Part shown: positions 8,824 through 19,188 of the stretch, piece after piece | Layout: each line of letters starts with the position of its first letter | Numbering within the stretch: position 1 is the first letter of the stretch | Origin: an uncultured archaeon | GTDB lineage: Archaea; Hadarchaeota; Hadarchaeia; Hadarchaeales; WYZ-LMO6 | DNA: 55,830 nt | Direction of reading: 5' to 3' | Assembly (NCBI GenBank): GCA_938074535.1 | Contig: CALJER010000009.1 | Span: 1-55,830 of the forward strand | Made by a program: the position numbers and the translations under genes | Notes under the pieces: model-generated | Databases searched by the model: none | What the model saw: the letters and a program-made list of their open reading frames with translations, nothing else | Told to the model about the DNA's origin: nothing

Positions 8824-9750
8824 CTACCCTCCCTTCAGAGCGCCCAGGATGAGGGGGAGGCAGAGGGTGGCGTCCCCCTCCACCGTGACGTGTTTGGCCT
8901 TCCTGCCGATCTTGCCCCAGGAGATGGCCTCGTGGGTCCTGGCACCGGAGAGGCTCCCGTCGTACTCGTGGGCGGTGGTGAGATAGACGGCGTAGCTCAA
9001 TCCCCCCCCGAACTGGGCCCACCAGATCAGGTGGTGCTTGCTTATCCCACCTCCCACGATGAGGGCCCCCGTTCTCTTGGAGGACCATATCCTCTCGCTG
9101 AGGAGGCTCTCGTCCTTCAGGGGGTCGACTCTGAGGTCGTGGTCCCGGCAGAAGGACCAGAGCTGGTAACCGACGGCTCCGTCCGTCACCCCGGGCACGA
9201 TGACGGGGATCTTCCTCCTGTAGCACCAGTACAGGAAGGAATCTCCTTTGCGGATCCATTTGCCCAGCTCCCAGCAGAGCTCGTAGGTGGAGAGCTCCCT
9301 CCTCCCCGACCGGTAGAGCTCCTCCAGGAACTCCTGCATCTTCTCCTCTATGAGGAGGCCGTAGGAGGAATCCGGGACGAAGACGTTCCCCAGTCTGCTT
9401 ATTCCCCTCTTCCTCAGCTCCGCGTCGTCCACGTGGAAGCTCCCGTGGTAGTACTCCCCGTAGCTCCTAGCCAGATCGTGGTCCAGGGTTCCGCAGGTGG
9501 TTATGACCAAGTCGAAGAAACCTTCCTTCACGAAGTCCCTCACCACGCCCCTGGTGCCGGTGGCCATGAGGCAGGCGGGAAAGGAAAGCATCTTCAGGCA
9601 CTCCCGGTCCGAGAGCATCTCCCTGAGGATCTCCACCCCCCTGGCCAGGAGCTGGGCGTTGAAGCCCCCGCAGGACTCCATCTGCTTCACCAGGTCCCCT
9701 ATCCTGGTGCGGGAGGAGACCCTGAGGTCCTTAACGGCTCGCCCTTTCAT
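8824..9750 (-). CDS. dys: Deoxyhypusine synthase
   Basis: GGGISKHH, DGSLSGA, EAISWGK (active-site Lys), GDAT. Confidence 0.95.
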   Translation of the reverse strand: MKGRAVKDLRVSSRTRIGDLVKQMESCGGFNAQLLARGVEILREMLSDRECLKMLSFPACLMATGTRGVVRDFVKEGFFDLVITTCGTLDHDLARSYGEYYHGSFHVDDAELRKRGISRLGNVFVPDSSYGLLIEEKMQEFLEELYRSGRRELSTYELCWELGKWIRKGDSFLYWCYRRKIPVIVPGVTDGAVGYQLWSFCRDHDLRVDPLKDESLLSERIWSSKRTGALIVGGGISKHHLIWWAQFGGGLSYAVYLTTAHEYDGSLSGARTHEAISWGKIGRKAKHVTVEGDATLCLPLILGALKGG

Positions 9751-9770
9751 GAGTTTCAGGGAAAAGAGGT

Positions 9771-10076
9771 TCAGCCGAAGAGGGAGGCCAGCCCGGCCAT
9801 GGCTTCCTCTTCCGTCTTTTCCTCCTCCTTCTTCTCCTCCTTCTTTTCCTCGGCCTTCGGAGGAGCGGGAGCCGCCTGTGCGGCGGGTGCCGCGGCCGCA
9901 GCGGAGGCCCCTTTGAGGACCTCCTCTATGTTCACCCCCTCCAGAGCGGAGAGGAGGGTCTTTACCCTGGCTTCGTTCACCTCAACGCCCGCCGCCTTCA
10001 GCACGTTCGTCAGGCTCTCCTCATCGGGCTTCTTGCCCGCGGCGTGCAGCAGCATCACGGCGTGCACATACTCCAA
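9771..10076 (-). CDS. rpl12: 50S ribosomal stalk protein P1/L12
   Basis: [11 protein letters not shown], Ala-rich hinge, [13 protein letters not shown]; TTG start preceded by GGAGGT. Confidence 0.97.
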   Translation of the reverse strand: MEYVHAVMLLHAAGKKPDEESLTNVLKAAGVEVNEARVKTLLSALEGVNIEEVLKGASAAAAAPAAQAAPAPPKAEEKKEEKKEEEKTEEEAMAGLASLFG

Positions 10077-10120
10077 TTTCCATACCTCCTGAGAGAACTC
10101 ATCCCCTTACTCTTACCCCT

Positions 10121-10993
10121 TTATGAACCTTTCCCCTCCTCCAGCCTGGAGGAGAGATGAAGGGCCTGGAGGTGCGCTCTGGCCAGCAGTTCCGGCAGGG
10201 TCTCCCTGGTGGGGAAGGCGGGGGAGAGGGCGCGGGCCAGGGCGAGGGCGCCCAGGTGGGATTTGAGCAGCAGCGTGGGCAGCGTGAGCGGGGTGGGGTA
10301 CTCGAGGCCCAGGGCCAGGGCGAGGGCCTCCTGGTGCGCCCTGAGGAGCTCTCCCCTCACCACCTCCTCGTCCAGCTCCAGCAGGTCGCCCGAATAGATC
10401 AGGCCGCCGTCGTAGGCGGCCCGCAGCTTGAGGAGGAGATCCACGGGCTCCACTCCTATCTTGAGGAGGAGGTCGGCGGTCTCCTTCGTGATCACCTCCC
10501 CCTTCCTGACCACCGTGAAGTCCTCAGCCACCACCACCTTCCCCGCCTGGACCCTGGCCTTCACCCCCGCCCTCTGCAGCTCGCTGACCACGGGCCCTGG
10601 GGCAAAGTCTGTCTCCCCGGCCCTGATGACCACCTCCATCGAGGAGACCCTGCCCGGCTTGGCGGGGGCCTTCTCCTTCTCCTCTTTCAGGAGGCGGTTG
10701 AGCTTCACGGGCGGGAGATCGGCAAAGAGGAGGGCGCTCTGGCCCCTCAAGTGCTCCAGCAGCCCCTCCAGCCCCTTCCTCTCCTTGGAGGCCTCGGAGA
10801 GGGCCAGCCTGATGAGGGTGTTTTTGGCCACCACTATCTCCCCCTTCCCCCTCAGCTTCTCCCTGACCCTCTGGAAGAGGTGAGAGGGGAAGCCCTCGAA
10901 ATCCAGAACCCCCACCACCCTCGAGGAGAGGAGCTTCTCCTTCAGCTTCTGCAGCACCTCCGTCTTCCAGCTGGGATAGGAGGTCCTCTTCAT
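10121..10993 (-). CDS. rplP0: 50S ribosomal protein uL10/P0 (no acidic C-terminal tail)
   Basis: WK...KNTL, GETDFAPGP, LKLRAAYD; position between rpl1 and rpl12. Confidence 0.95.
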   Translation of the reverse strand: MKRTSYPSWKTEVLQKLKEKLLSSRVVGVLDFEGFPSHLFQRVREKLRGKGEIVVAKNTLIRLALSEASKERKGLEGLLEHLRGQSALLFADLPPVKLNRLLKEEKEKAPAKPGRVSSMEVVIRAGETDFAPGPVVSELQRAGVKARVQAGKVVVAEDFTVVRKGEVITKETADLLLKIGVEPVDLLLKLRAAYDGGLIYSGDLLELDEEVVRGELLRAHQEALALALGLEYPTPLTLPTLLLKSHLGALALARALSPAFPTRETLPELLARAHLQALHLSSRLEEGKGS

Positions 10994-11643
10994 CCTCTCG
11001 CCCCCAGCTTCACGGGCTTGCCCATGGTGGTTTTCACGTAAACGGCTTTGATCCGTCCCTTTCCCTTCTGCAGGGCCGTCTCCAGGGCCTCAAGCACGCT
11101 GAGGGCGTTCTCCGCCACCTCCTCCTCAGGCATCTCCTCACCCCCTATCCTGGCCCTGATGGCCGGCTGGTCCCTGGTCCTGAGGAAGAGGAGCTTGCGG
11201 TACCTCTCCAGGGCCTGCTGGAGGTTCACGTTGGGAGGAAGGGGCTTTGGGATTTTGTCCCTGGGACCCAGGATGCGGCCGAGCAACCTGCCGGCGAGGG
11301 GCATGAGATCCGGCTGCGCCAGGAAGACGTCGTACTCCCTGGCGAGCCTCTTGGCCTTCTTGGGGTTCTTCCCCAGCTCCTCCAGCTCCGCCCTGGAGAG
11401 CACCAGGTCGGCCCCGGCTTCCTTCGCTCTGAGGGCCATTTCTCCCTCTGCGAAGAGAACCACCCTCCTCTTCCTGCCGTTGCCGTGGGGGAGAAGGGCC
11501 TCGAAGGAGATTCTCTCCTCCGTCTTTTTCAGGTCCAGGTTCTCCAGCGTCACCTGGAGCTCCAGTCCCTGTTTGAACTTCCTTCCCTTTCCAGCCTCCT
11601 TCGCCTGTCTCACGGCCTCCTTCAGGGCTTCCTTCGAGATCAT
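10990..11643 (-). CDS. rpl1: 50S ribosomal protein uL1
   Basis: [25 protein letters not shown]. Confidence 0.96.
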   Translation of the reverse strand: MISKEALKEAVRQAKEAGKGRKFKQGLELQVTLENLDLKKTEERISFEALLPHGNGRKRRVVLFAEGEMALRAKEAGADLVLSRAELEELGKNPKKAKRLAREYDVFLAQPDLMPLAGRLLGRILGPRDKIPKPLPPNVNLQQALERYRKLLFLRTRDQPAIRARIGGEEMPEEEVAENALSVLEALETALQKGKGRIKAVYVKTTMGKPVKLGARG

Positions 11644-12104
11644 CCGAGTTCCTCCCCGTACTTCCCTTCCTCTATCTCCCTCTGGACCTCCCTGGGGTCC
11701 TTGCCCTCCACCGTCACCCCCATGCTCTTGCAGGTGCCCAGCACCTCCTTCACCTTGCTCTTCAGGTTCTTACCACCCTTTTCCCTAGCGATCTTGACTA
11801 CCTGGGAGAGGGAGAGGTTGCCCACCGCTTCCTTTCCCGCCGTTTTGGCTCCCTTCTCAATCCCGAGCTCCTTCTTCACCAGCACCGACACGGGCGGTGA
11901 GCCCACCTCCACCTGGAACTCCTTGGTTTTCCGGTCCACCGTGAGGATGACGGGGACCTTCATCCCGCTGAACTTGGAGGTGGCCTGGTTTATCCTCTGA
12001 ACCACCTGCCCCACGTTCACCCCCAGGGGGCCCAAGGCCGGTCCCAAGGGTGGACCGGGGCTGGCCTTTCCCCCTTCCACCAGAAGCTTTATCCGGGTTT
12101 TCAT
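11640..12104 (-). CDS. rpl11: 50S ribosomal protein uL11
   Basis: [26 protein letters not shown]; start moved to ATG 12104. Confidence 0.96.
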   Translation of the reverse strand: MKTRIKLLVEGGKASPGPPLGPALGPLGVNVGQVVQRINQATSKFSGMKVPVILTVDRKTKEFQVEVGSPPVSVLVKKELGIEKGAKTAGKEAVGNLSLSQVVKIAREKGGKNLKSKVKEVLGTCKSMGVTVEGKDPREVQREIEEGKYGEELG

Positions 12105-12157
12105 CGAAACACCACCTTCTACCTCGCTAAAAAGGCTTCCTTTCAGGCCCTGCGGGC

Positions 12158-12640
12158 TCACTTCTCCTCTGCGCCCTTTCTCTGTATCACCTTCACGGAC
12201 TCCGACTTGACGGTCACGGGTATGGGCACGGTGGCTTCGAAGAACTCAACCGTTACCTCTTCCTTCTCCTTGTCCACCTGCACGATCCTGGCCCTCTCTC
12301 CCTTGAAGGGTCCTGAGGAGATCTCCACGAGATCCCCCACCTCCATCCTCGTCACGGAGGGCTGGGGAGAGAGGTACTGCTCAAGCTCCTCCATGGAGAG
12401 CTCACCCGAGACCATGCCCCTGGCGTGCTTCACGCCCGCCCTGGCCTTCTCCACCGAGCTCCTCCCGTAGGCCTCCACGAAGAGGTACCCCGAGAGGTTG
12501 GCAGGAGCCATCACGGCCAGGATGGGAAGGTCGTGCTTTTTGGCGTGGGTGATGAGCACATCTGCCGTGTTCTTCTCCTGCCCCACCGTAACCCTTATGG
12601 CATAGATGGAAGGTCGCTGGGCCTCTTCCCTCTCCTCCAA
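12158..12640 (-). CDS. spt5: Transcription elongation factor Spt5/NusG
   Basis: VGQE, GYLFVEA, KOW motif [14 protein letters not shown]. Confidence 0.96.
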   Translation of the reverse strand: MEEREEAQRPSIYAIRVTVGQEKNTADVLITHAKKHDLPILAVMAPANLSGYLFVEAYGRSSVEKARAGVKHARGMVSGELSMEELEQYLSPQPSVTRMEVGDLVEISSGPFKGERARIVQVDKEKEEVTVEFFEATVPIPVTVKSESVKVIQRKGAEEK

Positions 12641-12643
12641 GCT

Positions 12644-12811
12644 TCAGCCACCCCCCAGGATGAGACGGCCCATCGACATGATGAGGAACCCCACCACGCC
12701 GATGAGCAGCACCCCCAGTCCCGTGACCTTGGAGGCCTCCAAGAACTCTTCCTGTCCCGGTTTCCTGGCCACTAGAAGAACGCGCTTGATCTCGCTCAGC
12801 CTGAAGCTCAT
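12644..12811 (-). CDS. secE: Protein translocase subunit SecE/Sec61-gamma
   Basis: RVLLVARKP..EEF...KVTGLG + TM helix; between ftsZ and spt5. Confidence 0.93.
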   Translation of the reverse strand: MSFRLSEIKRVLLVARKPGQEEFLEASKVTGLGVLLIGVVGFLIMSMGRLILGGG

Positions 12812-13917
12812 ATGCTTCTCAGCCCCAAGTCTATCTGCTCGGGTTTGAGCCTGGGAGCGGGAGGCCTGGCCTGGGAGTGCGGCGAGTATACGCCCGTGAC
12901 CACCAGCAGGACCCTGAGGTTGTTCTTCATCTCCTCGTAGATCTGGGCCCCGCATATCACGTGTGCTTCGGGGTCGAGCACCTCCGAGACCTTACCAAAG
13001 ACCTTCCCCGCTTCGCTGAGGGTGAGGCTGGGGCCGCCCACCACGTTGATCAGGGCGCGCTTGCCCCCTGCGATGTCCGCCTCCAGCAGGGGGCTGTGGA
13101 TGGCCTCCTCCACCGCCTCCTCTGCCCTGTTCTCCGCGTCGGATTCCCCTATCCCTATCAGGGCGGTCCCGCTGTCCTTCAGGACGGTCTCCAGGTCCGC
13201 GAAGTCCAGGTTGATGAGTCCAGGCTTCGTTATGGTCTCCGTTATACCCTTCACGGCGTTCATGATGATCTGGTCGGCCACCTTGAAGGCTGCTCCCAGG
13301 GGCAGCCCGGGGGCCAGCTCCAGGAGCTTGTCGTTGGGGATCACGATCACCGCATCCACGTTCTGCTTGAGCCTCTCCAGCCCGGCTCTGGCGTTGAGCA
13401 TCCTCCTGTTGCCTTCCACCCTGAAGGGAAGGGTCACCACGGCCACGGTGAGGGCACCGAGCTTCTTGGCGATTTCGGCCACCACCGGTGCCGCCCCCGT
13501 ACCCGTCCCGCCCCCCAGCCCGCAGGTGATGAAAACCATGTCTGCTTCGTACAGGTGGTCCTTTATCAGGTCCTCATCCTCCCGGGCCGCCTGCTCCCCC
13601 TTGGAGGGATCGGCCCCCGCACCCAGGCCCCCGGTGGTCTGTTTGCCTATCAGGAGCTTCCGATCGGCCAGCGTGTAGAGGAGGTCCTGTGCGTCCGTGT
13701 TGATGGCAATGGTTTCGGCCCCGTAGATCCCCACCTCCATCATCCTGGAAAGCGTGTTTCCACCGCTCCCCCCGCACCCCACCACCAGGGTCCTCACTGC
13801 GGCCTTCTCCTGAATCTCCTTCAGCTCCTGGTCGGTGTATCCCTTGCTCCCGGGTTTGGCTATCTTGCCCAGCTCAGAAAGTCCAGGCTTCACGGGATTT
13901 GCAGATGGGGCACCCAT
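12808..13917 (-). CDS. ftsZ: Cell division protein FtsZ
   Basis: [32 protein letters not shown]; start set at ATG 13917. Confidence 0.97.
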   Translation of the reverse strand: MGAPSANPVKPGLSELGKIAKPGSKGYTDQELKEIQEKAAVRTLVVGCGGSGGNTLSRMMEVGIYGAETIAINTDAQDLLYTLADRKLLIGKQTTGGLGAGADPSKGEQAAREDEDLIKDHLYEADMVFITCGLGGGTGTGAAPVVAEIAKKLGALTVAVVTLPFRVEGNRRMLNARAGLERLKQNVDAVIVIPNDKLLELAPGLPLGAAFKVADQIIMNAVKGITETITKPGLINLDFADLETVLKDSGTALIGIGESDAENRAEEAVEEAIHSPLLEADIAGGKRALINVVGGPSLTLSEAGKVFGKVSEVLDPEAHVICGAQIYEEMKNNLRVLLVVTGVYSPHSQARPPAPRLKPEQIDLGLRSI

Positions 13918-13946
13918 TGCATCAGTGAAGAGAGGTTTTTTCGGTT

Positions 13947-14753
13947 TTAAACCTTTTGAGAAAGAGACTGTCTCACCGTGAGTTTGGTTATCCCCAGCTT
14001 CCTGGAGGCCTCCCCCACCACCTTCTTCTGTTCGGAGTTCAGCCCCTCCTCGTCCGAGAGGATAAGCCCCACCTTCCCCTGGGTTTTGAGCACGGCTTCC
14101 CGGAGGAGGTCCTGCGTGAGGGGAGCATACTTGGGCAGGAGGTGTCCCACCCAGCACTTGGTCTTGAGGACCGCTTCCGTGTGCCTGGGGGCGTAGTGGG
14201 GCCCCCCCACTCCCACGGCCCTGAGGCACTCTCCTGGCGGTGAGAGAACGGCCTTCGCCACCGCCTCCCCAGCCTCCTCCCTGGTCCACTCCTTCTTTTC
14301 GCTCCCTATCTCCACGAAGGTCACGGGGACGCTCAGGCCCGTGGGGCCGTGGTGCGTGGCCTCCAGGCACACCCGGTGGGGCAGGTCCATCTCCTCCTTC
14401 ACGAGCTGGAGGGAGCGGAGGATGGAGCCCACCGTTTCGGGCTTTGCCACCCCCAGCCTCCCCTCTGCGGGTTCACCGGGGACGTGCACGGAGAGGGTGG
14501 GGATGCCGGAGGTGCTGGCGTGCCTGGATAGGACCAGCACCTCGCTGGCCGGGAGGGGTAGGGATTTCATCCTCAGGGGATCCTCCTCCGAGGGCAGAAG
14601 CACGTAGTCGCCGTGCCTGTAGGCCTTTCCAAGCTTCTGGAAAGGGTAGAGCCTGAGGAGGTGGCGGCAGATGTTCTCCGCCGCCGGGTCCCCTAGCGAG
14701 GCCAGAAGCAGCCTGGTGCCCTTTTCCTGGTCCCCCCTTCCCCCAGAAGTCAT
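13947..14753 (-). CDS. dtdA: D-aminoacyl-tRNA deacylase (archaeal DTD2/GEK1 type)
   Basis: SRH, EATHHGPT, FVEIGS, GGPHYAP. Confidence 0.93.
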   Translation of the reverse strand: MTSGGRGDQEKGTRLLLASLGDPAAENICRHLLRLYPFQKLGKAYRHGDYVLLPSEEDPLRMKSLPLPASEVLVLSRHASTSGIPTLSVHVPGEPAEGRLGVAKPETVGSILRSLQLVKEEMDLPHRVCLEATHHGPTGLSVPVTFVEIGSEKKEWTREEAGEAVAKAVLSPPGECLRAVGVGGPHYAPRHTEAVLKTKCWVGHLLPKYAPLTQDLLREAVLKTQGKVGLILSDEEGLNSEQKKVVGEASRKLGITKLTVRQSLSQKV

Positions 14754-16645
14754 TTTTCCCGCTTCAGGAGACTCCTGAACTCATCCACCACGGCAGGATC
14801 CTCTATGGTGGAGTAGTCACCCAGAGGCTGGTCGAACAGAAGGGCCCTGATGAGCCTTCTCATGATCTTTCCGCTCCTGGTCTTGGGCAGCCTGTCCACG
14901 AAGAAGAAGCCTCCGAACACTACGAGGGGACCCATCAGGTTCCTCACCTTCTCCCTTATCTCCTCCTTGAGCTTCTCGGAGGGCGAGAAGCCCCCCTTCA
15001 GCACCACGAAGGCGCAGGCCACCTCCTTCTTCACGGGATCCGGCATTCCCACCACGGCAGCCTCCGCCACCGCGGGGTGGGAGAGGAGAGCGCTCTCCAC
15101 CTCAATGGCACCTATCCGGTGGCCTGAGATCTTTATCACCTCGTCCGTTCTGGCGATGAACCAGAGGTATCCGTCCTCGTCCTTCTTGGCCGCGTCGCCC
15201 GTGTAGTAGTAGGGAGGGATCCGGTTCCAGTACTCCTCCACGTACCTCCCCTCCTCCCTCCACAGGGTCTGGATGAGGCCTGGGAAGGGTTTTTTGACTA
15301 CGAAGATTCCTTCCACTCCCGGCGGAACGGGTTTTCCCTTCTCGTCCACCACCTCACCTTCCACGCCGGGCAGAGGAATGGCAGCCGATCCTGGCTTGAT
15401 GGGGAGGAGGGAGATGCCGTACGGGTTCCCCACGATGGGTCCCCCCGTCTCCGTTTGCCACATGTGGTCCACCACCGGCGCCCTGTCCTTCAGCACCTTC
15501 TTCTGCAGCCACTCCCAGGCGGGGGGGTTGAGGGGCTCCCCTGCGGAGGCCACGAACTTGATGGAGCTGAGATCGTACCTGGAGGGTGGTTCGTCCCCGT
15601 ACTTCATGAGGGTCCGAATGAGGGTGGGTGAAACCCACATCTTCGTGACCTTATGCTTCTCCACCAGCTTCCAGAGGATGTCGGGGGAGGGGTAATCGGG
15701 CGTGCCTTCGTACATCAGGGTGGTGGCCCCCACCAGCAGGGGCCCGAAAAGCACGTAGCTTGACCCCACGATCCAGCCTATGTCTGAGAGGCAGAACCAC
15801 ACATCCTTCTCCTCCAGGCCGTAGACCCACTTCCCCATGGCGTATACGTAAACTTGGTATCCTCCGTGCGTGTGCAGGGCCCCCTTGGGCTTGGCAGTAG
15901 TCCCGGAGGTGTATAAGATGAGGGCGGGCTCGTTTGCTTCCATCGGGACGAGCTCCGCGTCCTCCTTCCTCCCCAGCTTCAGGGCCTCGTCCCAGTAGAG
16001 GTCCCTTCCCTCCTTCATCTCCGTGCCTTTTTCCCCCCTCCTCAGGACCAGCACTCTCTCCACCCTGTTGGGGGACTCCAGCGCCCTGTCCACGATCTCT
16101 TTTAGGTGGATGGGGGTTCCCCTCCGGTAGGCGAGGTCGGAGGTGAGCACCACCTTCGCGTCGGCGTCGGCTATCCGCTCGGCAAGGGCGTGGTAGCCGA
16201 ACCCAGCGAAGACGGGGGAGTAAATGGCCCCTATTCTAAGGCAGGAGAGAATCCCTATAGCCGCCTCCGGGACCATGGGCATGTAGAGGGTCACCCGGTC
16301 TCCCTTCCTCACCCCCAAAGCCCTCAGGACGGAGGAGAACCTCTTCACTTCCTCAAGGAGCTGCTGGTAGGTCAGGATGCGGCTTTCACCCGTCTCCGCC
16401 GACTCCCAAATCAGGGCGGGTTTGTTCCCCTTGCCCCTCTCCACCTGGCGATCGAGGCAGTTGTAGGAAATGTTGGTGGTGCCTCCCACGAACCACTTGA
16501 AGAAGGGGTACTTTCCCTTCTCGAAGACCTTTTGGTACCTCTCGAACCAGTGGAGTTCCTCCGCTACTTTGCCCCACAGCTTCTCCGGGCTCTTTCTCCC
16601 CAGCTCTATCATCTTCTGGAGTTCTGGTGGCAGGGTGAGGGTCAT
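14750..16645 (-). CDS. acs: Acetate--CoA ligase (AMP-forming)
   Basis: YTSGTTAKPKG, DIGW, AGEPLN, WQTETGG, PKTRSGKIMRR. Confidence 0.92.
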   Translation of the reverse strand: MTLTLPPELQKMIELGRKSPEKLWGKVAEELHWFERYQKVFEKGKYPFFKWFVGGTTNISYNCLDRQVERGKGNKPALIWESAETGESRILTYQQLLEEVKRFSSVLRALGVRKGDRVTLYMPMVPEAAIGILSCLRIGAIYSPVFAGFGYHALAERIADADAKVVLTSDLAYRRGTPIHLKEIVDRALESPNRVERVLVLRRGEKGTEMKEGRDLYWDEALKLGRKEDAELVPMEANEPALILYTSGTTAKPKGALHTHGGYQVYVYAMGKWVYGLEEKDVWFCLSDIGWIVGSSYVLFGPLLVGATTLMYEGTPDYPSPDILWKLVEKHKVTKMWVSPTLIRTLMKYGDEPPSRYDLSSIKFVASAGEPLNPPAWEWLQKKVLKDRAPVVDHMWQTETGGPIVGNPYGISLLPIKPGSAAIPLPGVEGEVVDEKGKPVPPGVEGIFVVKKPFPGLIQTLWREEGRYVEEYWNRIPPYYYTGDAAKKDEDGYLWFIARTDEVIKISGHRIGAIEVESALLSHPAVAEAAVVGMPDPVKKEVACAFVVLKGGFSPSEKLKEEIREKVRNLMGPLVVFGGFFFVDRLPKTRSGKIMRRLIRALLFDQPLGDYSTIEDPAVVDEFRSLLKREK

Positions 16646-16684
16646 CCTCCCCTTCTTTCTCCCCCTCCTTAAAAAGATGCAGGC

Positions 16685-17749
16685 CTAACCCTTCCCGGCC
16701 TTTATTATTCTGTAGCCAGAGGCTTTCCTCAGCCTGTCCGTCACGGCCACCCCCAGTCCCCTGAGGGGCACCCCTTCGGCCAGGATCACCTCCACCCCTT
16801 TAGCCTCCAGCTCCCGGAGGGCCCCGAAGAGCCTCCTGGCAGCCTCCCTGGGCTCCTCCCTTCTTCCCAGCGAGGCCGATACCTCAGCCCTGCAGCGGGA
16901 GAGGGTTTCCTCCGTGGCCAGAATCCCCACTTTCTTCCCCCCCCTCCTTAGCTCCTCCGCCAGCTCAGAGAGCTTCTCCTTCACCGCCTCTGGCTCTCCC
17001 TCCACCACCCACATTTCCGCGCTTGGGGCGTAGTGCCTGTGCTTCATACCCGGGGACTTGGCCCTTTCCACCTCCACCTCCCTCTCGGCCAGGACGGAAG
17101 GGTGGAAGACCACCTCCCCCAGCACCTCCTCCAGGGCCTCCCTGGGAGTTCCTCCGGGGCGGAGGATCTGGGGAGGCCTGACCGTGAGGTCGAGCACCGT
17201 GGACTCCACTCCCACTGCCGTGGGGCCTGCGTCTAGGATCAGGTCTATCCTGCCGTCCAGATCCTGCAGCACGTGTTCGGCTGTGGTGGGGCTGGGTCTC
17301 CCGGCGAGGTTGGCGCTGGGTGCGGCCACCGGGGTCCCGCCCCCGCGGATGAGGGCCAGGGCTACCGCGTGCTTGGGCATGCGCAGGGCTATGGTGTCTA
17401 GGCCGCAGGTGGTGACGGAGGGGACGGAAGGGGAGCGCTTCAAGACCAGCGTGAGGGGCCCTGGCCAGAACCTTTCCACCAGCCTTTCCGCCTCCGGGGG
17501 TACCTCCACCGCCAGCCGGTCGATCTCCCCGGGCTCTCCTATGTGCACGATGGGGGGATTGTCCAGAGGCCTCTTCTTGGCCTCGAAGAGGGAGAGGACG
17601 GCCTTCGGGTTGAGGGCGTCTGCCCCCAGCCCGTAGACGGTTTCGGTGGGAAAGGCGACGAGGCCGCCCTCCTTCAGCCTCCTCGCCGCCGCCACAATCT
17701 TTTCGGGATCCGGGTTTCGTGGATCCACCCTCAGGACGAGCGTCTTCAT
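16685..17749 (-). CDS. sua5: L-threonylcarbamoyladenylate synthase Sua5
   Basis: FPTETVYGLGAD, APSAN, ESTV, PGMKHRHYAP, SUA5 C-terminal domain. Confidence 0.96.
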   Translation of the reverse strand: MKTLVLRVDPRNPDPEKIVAAARRLKEGGLVAFPTETVYGLGADALNPKAVLSLFEAKKRPLDNPPIVHIGEPGEIDRLAVEVPPEAERLVERFWPGPLTLVLKRSPSVPSVTTCGLDTIALRMPKHAVALALIRGGGTPVAAPSANLAGRPSPTTAEHVLQDLDGRIDLILDAGPTAVGVESTVLDLTVRPPQILRPGGTPREALEEVLGEVVFHPSVLAEREVEVERAKSPGMKHRHYAPSAEMWVVEGEPEAVKEKLSELAEELRRGGKKVGILATEETLSRCRAEVSASLGRREEPREAARRLFGALRELEAKGVEVILAEGVPLRGLGVAVTDRLRKASGYRIIKAGKG

Positions 17750-17923
17750 CCCTCTCCCTTCTTCCGGTGAAGTAAAAGAAGTCAGCTGGAGCGATGTCCA
17801 GAGTCAGGTGATTCAACTTAGGCCTTCATGACCGCGATGCGAGCCTAACCCCATATCTTTAAGCCAGCGCTCCATCCGTGGGAGGATGACGCGTTCCCAT
17901 TTCTGAGAGGAACTAAATTTAAG

Positions 17924-17996
17924 TGGGCCCGCTGGGATTCGAACCCAGGATCTTCGCCTCGTCAAGGCGACGTCATAGCCGCTAGACCACGGGCCC
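17924..17996 (-). tRNA. tRNA-Val(GAC)
   Basis: GGGCCCG acceptor; anticodon arm TCGCC-TTGACGA-GGCGA; GGTTCGAATCC T-loop; A discriminator. Confidence 0.95.
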
Positions 17997-18019
17997 ATCT
18001 TTTCTCTCTTCCCAGGCTT

Positions 18020-18667
18020 TTAACCCATCCTCCTGCCTCTCTTCAGTGGCAGGGCCATCACCACCCCTGCCAAGAAACCTCCCACATGGGCCCAGTACGC
18101 TACCCCGGAAGGGGCCCCCACCACCAAGAGGAAGGAAGCGCTGAGGATCTGGAGCACAAACCAGAAACCTAGGAAGAAGAGAGCGGGGATCATGACCACC
18201 CTGATGAAGTAGAAGTACATGACGGCGGTGAGCACCCTGGCTCGGGGGTAGAGGACGAGGTAGGCGCCCAGCACTCCTGAGATGGCACCGGAGGCTCCTA
18301 TGGTGGGGACGGAGGAGGAGGGGTCGGAGAGAAGGTGGGCGAGAGAGGCGGCCAGCCCGCAGAGGAGGTAGAAGGCCAGGAACCTCTTCCTCCCCAGTGC
18401 GTCCTCCACGTTGTCTCCGAAGATCCAGAGGTAGAGCATGTTTCCCCCTATGTGGAGGAAGCCCCCATGCAGGAACATGGAGGTAAGGAGGGTGTGCAGC
18501 TCCCTGCCTTCGAATACCGAGGAGGGCTTCATCCCGTACCGGTTTACGATCTCCTCGAAGGACCCCGAGAGGTAGGACCAGAGGAAGACCGCTGAGTTGA
18601 GGGCGATGAGGAGCAGGGTGAGGATCGGTCTGCGGCGGGTAGGGTTCTCGTCCTTGAGCGGAAACAT
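18020..18667 (-). CDS. Rhomboid family intramembrane serine protease
   Basis: SMFLHGG..HI.GNM, GDNVED, GASGAISG, AHVGG. Confidence 0.95.
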   Translation of the reverse strand: MFPLKDENPTRRRPILTLLLIALNSAVFLWSYLSGSFEEIVNRYGMKPSSVFEGRELHTLLTSMFLHGGFLHIGGNMLYLWIFGDNVEDALGRKRFLAFYLLCGLAASLAHLLSDPSSSVPTIGASGAISGVLGAYLVLYPRARVLTAVMYFYFIRVVMIPALFFLGFWFVLQILSASFLLVVGAPSGVAYWAHVGGFLAGVVMALPLKRGRRMG

Positions 18668-18744
18668 CCTGTTCAAGATGATTTGGGGGCGATATCTATT
18701 TTGGAGGATACCGTGAGAATTCGGCGGAAAGAAACGTGGTCAGA

Positions 18745-19188
18745 ATGAGGCTGTGGTCACTTCACCCCAGATATCTCGATGCTAAGGGCCTCGTTTCCCT
18801 CTGGAGGGAAGGTCTGCTGGCGAAGATGGTCTTAGAGGGCCGTCTCAAGGGCTATGCCAGGCACCCACAGCTCATCAGGTTCAGAAGGCACGAGAGGCCA
18901 GTGGTTTTGATGAACGCGTACCTCTATCAGATCTACCTTGAAGCGAGAAGAAGGGGCTACAATTTTGATCCCTCCAAGATAGAGCCCCTGATCTTGGAGG
19001 GAGAGATAGCGGTCACTAGGGGACAGCTGGAGTTTGAGTTCAGGCATTTGCTGGAAAAGCTCAGAAAAAGGGATAGGAAAAAGTTCGGAGAGCTAAAGGA
19101 TTTGCCCTCGGGCAGCATAGAGCCAAACCCCGTGTTCAGACCTACTGAGGGCGGAGTGGAGGAGTGGGAAAGAACGAAGAGAGCATGA
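18745..19188 (+). CDS. Pyrimidine dimer DNA glycosylase / T4 endonuclease V-like protein
   Basis: MRLWSLHPRYLD.KGLV.LWREGLLA, GY..HPQL.RF, RGYNFD. Confidence 0.85.
   Translation: MRLWSLHPRYLDAKGLVSLWREGLLAKMVLEGRLKGYARHPQLIRFRRHERPVVLMNAYLYQIYLEARRRGYNFDPSKIEPLILEGEIAVTRGQLEFEFRHLLEKLRKRDRKKFGELKDLPSGSIEPNPVFRPTEGGVEEWERTKRA

Noticed and set aside
6682-10092. 1136-aa plus-strand ORF
   Set aside because: Antisense shadow of alaS/dys/rpl12 caused by GC-rich codon bias; no recognisable motifs. The same applies to most other overlapping ORF-track entries.
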